A stretch of 20,000 bases of DNA, taken from an uncultured virus (IMG/VR IMGVR_UViG_3300032323_000817). Lineage: Duplodnaviria > Heunggongvirae > Uroviricota > Caudoviricetes. Both the position numbers and the translations under genes were made by a program. Each line of letters opens with the position of its first letter. Position 1 is the first letter of the stretch. The notes under the pieces were generated by a model. It had not been told where the DNA came from, made no database searches, and saw nothing but the letters and a program-made list of their open reading frames with translations. The stretch is taken from the IMG/VR virus record IMGVR_UViG_3300032323_000817, one strand, 5' to 3'. This document shows, one piece after another, positions 15,435 through 20,000 of this stretch.

Positions 15435-16403
15435 TTAGATAACTCTGATACCGTCATTCTCGTAATCTTCTTTAGTGTATGCCCACAAATCATTCTCAGA
15501 GTGCCATATAAGTCTCTCAATGGCTTGGTGGAAACCTTCGTAACTCTTGCCTTGGAATACTCCTCCCATCTTACCTATAGCCATGGCTTCATCTGACAGC
15601 TCATAGATTAAAGGACTACCTGGAAACTTTTGGCTTTCTACGATAAATCTAAAGTTACTTACTTTTAAATCATTTCCGTAGATACTGAGGTCTGTTTGCT
15701 TTAAAGCTTCTGTGTAGAATGCTCCTTGAAAATCATAGCGATATTTCATAAGAGTGTCTGTCCAGAAGTTTAAGGAAGTAGTAGTGGTCTTTAGGTCGAT
15801 AGGATAAAGTATGTTGTTTACTACGTCCACAACTACTAAATCTAACAAACCCTTACACTTCACTCCTAAATACTCAAAACTTAAGGCTTGTTGAGTAAAT
15901 ACTTTGTACTGTGAGTTACCTTTTACAAACTTAGAAGTAAAGGCATGTGACTTAAGTCCTTCTGCGATATTAATGATTAGGGCTTCTTGGGCAAAAGAAA
16001 TTACTTTCTTGCCTTCTGCTGCAATCAAATCCTCGTAATAAGTTTTACCCTCCACTTCGAATCTTTCTCTTACCTTGGCGATAGTATCTCGCTTAAACTT
16101 CGCTGCTTCGTATGCAATAGTCTCAGCCATACTATCTTCTCGGTTACAGAATAGACTCCATACAAAATCTCCCATCTGTCCTGTAGGTCTTTCTACACTA
16201 CTGATGTGGAACTCTGATCTGAATACTTCTTCTCCTTGAGTTAAAATTAAATCAACTCCATCACCTATTAGAGTTACTTCTGCTGGCTCATCTGTATCGG
16301 AGCTAGGGTCATAATTATAATATAGGTTAGGATGTTGTAGTAGCTTTTTAAGTCTGCTTTGACTCTGTGCTGTACTGTCTAAGTATCCTTGATCTAAAAT
16401 CAT
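15435..16403 (-). CDS. PD-(D/E)XK exonuclease (RecE/exonuclease VIII-like, DUF3799-like)
   Basis: 322 aa; SQSRLK N-terminal motif, KGLLD...IDLKTT catalytic core and YRYDFQGAFY (QxxxY) motif. Confidence 0.85.
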   Translation of the reverse strand: MILDQGYLDSTAQSQSRLKKLLQHPNLYYNYDPSSDTDEPAEVTLIGDGVDLILTQGEEVFRSEFHISSVERPTGQMGDFVWSLFCNREDSMAETIAYEAAKFKRDTIAKVRERFEVEGKTYYEDLIAAEGKKVISFAQEALIINIAEGLKSHAFTSKFVKGNSQYKVFTQQALSFEYLGVKCKGLLDLVVVDVVNNILYPIDLKTTTTSLNFWTDTLMKYRYDFQGAFYTEALKQTDLSIYGNDLKVSNFRFIVESQKFPGSPLIYELSDEAMAIGKMGGVFQGKSYEGFHQAIERLIWHSENDLWAYTKEDYENDGIRVI

Positions 16404-16582
16404 TTGTCTATTTTATCTATTGTTAAAGTTAAATTAAACCACAAAAACCCTAAGTGAACACTAAACTTTTGTCTAGAGTGTGTTCTACTAAGGGTTAGTG
16501 TAGGGATTATGTAGAAAAACCAATAAGGATAATCTCGTTGTCCTTGTTTTCTTGTAAAGAAGTTACTGAACTTTACCTTCAT
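16400..16582 (-). CDS. Small aromatic-rich hypothetical protein
   Basis: 60 aa; ATGA overlap with the exonuclease start and 20-nt overlap with the upstream gene, consistent with translational coupling. Confidence 0.6.
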   Translation of the reverse strand: MKVKFSNFFTRKQGQRDYPYWFFYIIPTLTLSRTHSRQKFSVHLGFLWFNLTLTIDKIDK

Positions 16583-16934
16583 CTGTCAAGTCATTAAATT
16601 CAGGCTTCTCTCTGAGGATGTAAGCTAGGAACATAGCATTGCACTGAATGTGACCAACGTGATCTATGTGCGACTCTATGTCCTTAGATTCCCCATTTAA
16701 TAGACTGAACGTATGTCTAAGCATGCTTTCTAGGACTTCACTAGCAGGCATACCTTGTTTCCAATTATTTGGGGAATATTTAATACAGCCGTACTCCAAC
16801 ACTTCTACCATAGGCTCTAACGATTTAAAGTCTACGAGAGACCATTTTCGCTTACCTGAGTTATACCTTAAGGCTTGTTCTTTCTTAGGAGATCCTTCGT
16901 TATAATCTTCCATAGCAGGGAAATCATCCGTCAT
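16563..16934 (-). CDS. dATP/dGTP diphosphohydrolase-like protein (DUF5664-like)
   Basis: 123 aa; RYNSGK..WSL...VLEYG..KY..NNWKQG...RH.....GE..D.ES...H..H..CN..FL pattern of this family. Confidence 0.85.
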   Translation of the reverse strand: MTDDFPAMEDYNEGSPKKEQALRYNSGKRKWSLVDFKSLEPMVEVLEYGCIKYSPNNWKQGMPASEVLESMLRHTFSLLNGESKDIESHIDHVGHIQCNAMFLAYILREKPEFNDLTDEGKVQ

Positions 16935-16936
16935 GA

Positions 16937-17209
16937 TTAACGCATTAAGGCTCCTGTAGTAGTTCTAGGAGGAGGTTGTAGGAAAACTGTTAGGATAACT
17001 CTTCCAAACTTCATAGGAAGTATGTCAGTAACTAATCCGAGAGTTCCATTACAATTAACGACAGATCCTAAAGAGATTGTAATTTGTCCTTTGTCTCCTT
17101 TTTCGTCTTTGTAAGTAACTGAATTCTCACCATAGTAGTGACTAATTCCAGGTAAGCCCACGGCTTCCACTTTGTCTGTTTCTGTTCTTGGTTCTATAAT
17201 GTATAACAT
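16937..17209 (-). CDS. Hypothetical protein
   Basis: 90 aa, tightly packed in the operon; no family recognised. Confidence 0.7.
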   Translation of the reverse strand: MLYIIEPRTETDKVEAVGLPGISHYYGENSVTYKDEKGDKGQITISLGSVVNCNGTLGLVTDILPMKFGRVILTVFLQPPPRTTTGALMR

Positions 17210-17214
17210 AATTT

Positions 17215-17652
17215 TTAGGTTAGTTCTGGTACTTCCACTCCCAGGATTTCTCTTGCAAAGGTAATAACATCTTGGATAAACTTATGAACTTCTTCCTTCT
17301 TTCCCTTAGAAAGTGAGAGAGGAGTTTTGATGAATTGACCTTGAAACATAGTCTCTTCGTAGAAGTACTTGTCCTTAAGGAAAGTTACTACGTCTTCTTT
17401 GGTATATACTTCCCCTGTAAGCGATTCAAATCCTCCTCGGATGATAGGTACTAGGGTACTGTAAAAATAAGCCAACTGAGGGTTTGTTTTCTTTGAGTCA
17501 ATTCGTGTGATACAAATCTCTACATCTACTTTTGGATCTTGTTTCATAAGTTCTCTAAAATAAGTCTGCATTAATTCTCTATCTCCTTTAAGGTGGACTG
17601 TGCCATCTATGTTAAGGGATAGAGATGCAGGAATGTAAACTCTATTTATCAT
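17215..17652 (-). CDS. NinB/Orf-like recombination accessory protein
   Basis: 145 aa; KTNPQLAYFY...EDVVTFLK...SLSKGKKEEVHKFIQDV..FA...LGVEVP resembles the NinB-like RS..QN.Y.W...ST..L...EF..Y...I..FA pattern. Located near the exonuclease. Confidence 0.65.
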   Translation of the reverse strand: MINRVYIPASLSLNIDGTVHLKGDRELMQTYFRELMKQDPKVDVEICITRIDSKKTNPQLAYFYSTLVPIIRGGFESLTGEVYTKEDVVTFLKDKYFYEETMFQGQFIKTPLSLSKGKKEEVHKFIQDVITFAREILGVEVPELT

Positions 17653-17915
17653 AACTTATTGTTTGTTCTTTTCTCTATTTCTTCTAATAATAAGAATGCC
17701 AACTCTTCGTCTTCGTCAATCTGATTACTAACGTTTCTCTTTTCTAGATATCCGTCTAAAAGCTTTATAAAGTAAGCGTTTTTTGCTTTTGCTTCGTTGA
17801 TTGCTTTTTTTAAATCAGGATTGACGAACTCACGAATGAATTGGTATTGTGTGTTTACAGCTCTAGCTAGGAGATATGTTCTCCTAACTTCTTTAATCTC
17901 TTCTTCTTTCATCAC
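17649..17915 (-). CDS. Hypothetical helical protein
   Basis: 88 aa; start overlaps the polymerase stop (GTGATG; the ATG at 17912 is an alternative start) and its stop overlaps the next start (ATGA). Confidence 0.7.
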   Translation of the reverse strand: MMKEEEIKEVRRTYLLARAVNTQYQFIREFVNPDLKKAINEAKAKNAYFIKLLDGYLEKRNVSNQIDEDEELAFLLLEEIEKRTNNKL

Positions 17916-19885
17916 TTTTTCCAGTATTTTGCATGGGCAGGTTCTGCGCCTAATCTAACTCTCTTGCAGAACTTAGAAGCAGATTTTTCCATAGCATGTT
18001 GAATAGCATTTGAACACTCTTCTATAATTGACTCAGGACATTCTATTAAGTACTCATCATGGATTATGTTTACTATCTTGACTGTGTTAAAAAGTTTTTT
18101 AGGCATAAGATAGTCCTGCCAGAAGTATACACCAGCAAGTTTGCTTATCTCTGCACTTTCTCCCTGTACTCTGTAATTTAAAGACATCCTTTCAATGTCT
18201 CCTTTCTTACGGAAGTATCTAGATACTTTGTCCTTCATAGACTGTGCTGTTGGAGTACCACTATTCTTCACTCGTTTATATCTCTCCCAGAATTCTTTAT
18301 CTTTTAATTCCTGCTCTATCTCTTTAAACCCTTCAAAGTAGTCTACATAACATCTTTTGCCTGTAACAGGGGACAATAATACATATCCCTTTTCAACTCC
18401 GAACTTCTTTGCTTCGGTATAATACCTATCTAAGTCTGGAAATGCTAAGAAATATTTCTTGTATATGTCTTCTCCTTCTTCAGGTGACAAGTTAAGTTGA
18501 TCTGATATAGCTTTCGCTGAACCTCCATAGGCTAAAGCAAAACCAATAACTTTACTTTGCTGTCTTTTGTCTTTATGCTTCGACTTAATCTCATCTAAAG
18601 ATAATCCGTTTAATTCCTTAAACATTTTACTTGCGATAAAGCTGTGCATGTCAGAAAGACCCTTATCATAAAACTCTAATAAAGATGGGTCTAAACACTG
18701 GTTAGCTAAAACCACAGATTCCTGTGCAGTGTAATCGCAACTTATTAAGAGATTACCCTCTTCTGCTACAAAGCAACTACGAGTCTCTTGGTCTGATGGA
18801 ATGTTTTGAAAGTTAAAGTTCTTTACGTTACCAGATTTACCACCACTAGATAAGCGTCCTGTGTTCATCAACTGCTTAAACTGTGTATGTATTCTTCCGC
18901 TTACTGGATTGATTTGTTCTATCCAGTTGTAACCATAAGTTCCTATGTCTTTCTGTGCTTCTTTAAATGAAAGATAAGTTTTAATAATTGGATACTTAGT
19001 TGCAAACTTACCTAAGTGGTTTGCTTCTATTGTTTGTTTCTTGACTCCTTTTTCGACTACAGTTGTATCTACACCTATAGCCTCAAAGAATTCTACAACC
19101 TGTGAGGGTGAGTTCCAATTCACGTTAATTTTGTTACCTGAAGAAAACATGTCTAACTGAGTGTCTATAAATTTGGACATCTTGTTCTCTAGGATAAACT
19201 TATTAAGTGCTTCTACTGCCTCATCAGCCTGTATCTGTACTTTCTCAATCTTTTTGGTCCATTGTTCTACGTCTAGTTTCATACCACAATACTCGATATA
19301 TGCTAGTACTAGAACAAAGCGATTGTCCAATTGAATGGACACATCTGTACCTTCTGTAAACTGAGAGAAGTTTTGCTTCGACTTGATTTCGTGTAGGTAT
19401 TTTACGTCATAGGCAGAATACTTAACAAACCCTTCGGTTAGTCTACCTGTAATATTTGCTCGTTCTTCCTTACTAAGTGTTACTCCGCAATGACGTTGTA
19501 CACAAGCAGCTAAAGAACATCTATGACTTTCTATACCCAAACGAGATGTTTTCTCGCCTAAAAATGTATCATATACCCTAGTGGGTACAATTCTCTGATG
19601 GTACAAGAATCTTAAGTCAAACTTAAAGTTATGACCTATGAGTTCCTTAATTTCTAATAAATTCTTATACTCTTGGATGTCTATTGTAGATAGATCTACA
19701 ACATACTGGACTTCTCTATCTCCTAACTGCAAGGTATAAAACTTGCAAGTATATGGATCAAAGCCACTAGTCTCGGTATCGACACCAATAGAGTCTAACT
19801 TATCTAAGTAATCTAGGGAATCTTGTACGGAGCAGAGGGTTACATCAGGTAGGGAGATATCTTGTTTTGTTACCAGATAAATCAT
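17912..19885 (-). CDS. polA: DNA polymerase family A (3'-5' exonuclease + polymerase, no 5'-3' exonuclease)
   Basis: 657 aa; Exo I VDTET, Exo II HNFKFD, Exo III YSAYD; TGRLSS; motif A DYTAQE, motif B RQQSKVIGFALAYG, motif C IHDE. Confidence 0.97.
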   Translation of the reverse strand: MIYLVTKQDISLPDVTLCSVQDSLDYLDKLDSIGVDTETSGFDPYTCKFYTLQLGDREVQYVVDLSTIDIQEYKNLLEIKELIGHNFKFDLRFLYHQRIVPTRVYDTFLGEKTSRLGIESHRCSLAACVQRHCGVTLSKEERANITGRLTEGFVKYSAYDVKYLHEIKSKQNFSQFTEGTDVSIQLDNRFVLVLAYIEYCGMKLDVEQWTKKIEKVQIQADEAVEALNKFILENKMSKFIDTQLDMFSSGNKINVNWNSPSQVVEFFEAIGVDTTVVEKGVKKQTIEANHLGKFATKYPIIKTYLSFKEAQKDIGTYGYNWIEQINPVSGRIHTQFKQLMNTGRLSSGGKSGNVKNFNFQNIPSDQETRSCFVAEEGNLLISCDYTAQESVVLANQCLDPSLLEFYDKGLSDMHSFIASKMFKELNGLSLDEIKSKHKDKRQQSKVIGFALAYGGSAKAISDQLNLSPEEGEDIYKKYFLAFPDLDRYYTEAKKFGVEKGYVLLSPVTGKRCYVDYFEGFKEIEQELKDKEFWERYKRVKNSGTPTAQSMKDKVSRYFRKKGDIERMSLNYRVQGESAEISKLAGVYFWQDYLMPKKLFNTVKIVNIIHDEYLIECPESIIEECSNAIQHAMEKSASKFCKRVRLGAEPAHAKYWKK

Positions 19886-20000
19886 TTTAATAATGGTCCT
19901 ACTATTTTGTTATAATCGTGTAATGCTTCACGGAGCTTTTGATACTTCTCAGTCTGAGTGTAGTTGCCTTGTTCAATATCTGTAAGGCAAGTTCTGTACA
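19882..20000 (-). CDS. Partial CDS (5' end outside window), hypothetical
   Basis: Open frame YRTCLTDIEQGNYTQTEKYQKLREALHDYNKIVGPLLK ending in TGA (19884-19882), overlapping the polymerase ATG (ATGA). Confidence 0.7.
   Translation of the reverse strand, partial: YRTCLTDIEQGNYTQTEKYQKLREALHDYNKIVGPLLK

Noticed and set aside
15425..15520. N-terminal extension of the 176-aa track ORF
   Set aside because: Would overlap the exonuclease 3' end by 86 nt; the GTG at 15424 fits operon packing better.
15435..16403. Cas4 assignment for the PD-(D/E)XK nuclease
   Set aside because: No C-terminal Fe-S cysteine cluster and no cas context; fits a RecE-like exonuclease better.
16666..16905. 79-aa + strand ORF
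   Set aside because: Antisense to the well-supported diphosphohydrolase-like gene.
17912..19885. Intein or intron in the DNA polymerase
   Set aside because: Continuous 657-aa ORF with all motifs in order and no splice-junction or homing endonuclease motifs seen.
1..20000. Stop-codon reassignment as seen in some Bacteroidota phages
   Set aside because: Genes tile densely in the standard code, and TAG (14990) and TGA (7121, 16400) end genes at sensible boundaries.

Overview
AT-rich, gene-dense segment of a tailed dsDNA phage in the standard genetic code. The host is very probably a Bacteroidota bacterium: there are TAnnTTTG promoter boxes, A-rich start regions without Shine-Dalgarno motifs, and Bacteroidota-type protein modules. 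The + strand (1-10227) carries virion and lysis genes: a fibre/adhesin-like protein, two tandem paralogous ~800-aa tail fibres, a holin, small fibre-associated proteins, an overlapping spanin-like membrane pair, a metallophosphoesterase and a small acidic protein. The - strand (20000-10234) carries a replication/recombination/nucleotide operon: family A DNA polymerase, NinB-like protein, dATP/dGTP diphosphohydrolase-like protein, PD-(D/E)XK exonuclease, dCMP deaminase and a GroES-like co-chaperonin. That operon ends in a (TAGTT)x7 repeat and an intrinsic terminator, followed by a separately promoted three-gene fibre cassette. Top observations: (1) the three - strand fibre proteins share terminal modules in a plug-and-socket pattern suggesting a daisy-chained fibre; (2) the twin tail fibres have a 45/47-identical N-terminal anchor with heavy synonymous divergence and shuffled internal modules; (3) a 3'-UTR repeat is complementary to the start region of a downstream fibre gene; (4) the spanin-like pair is non-canonical. 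All family assignments come from motif recognition by eye, not database searches.
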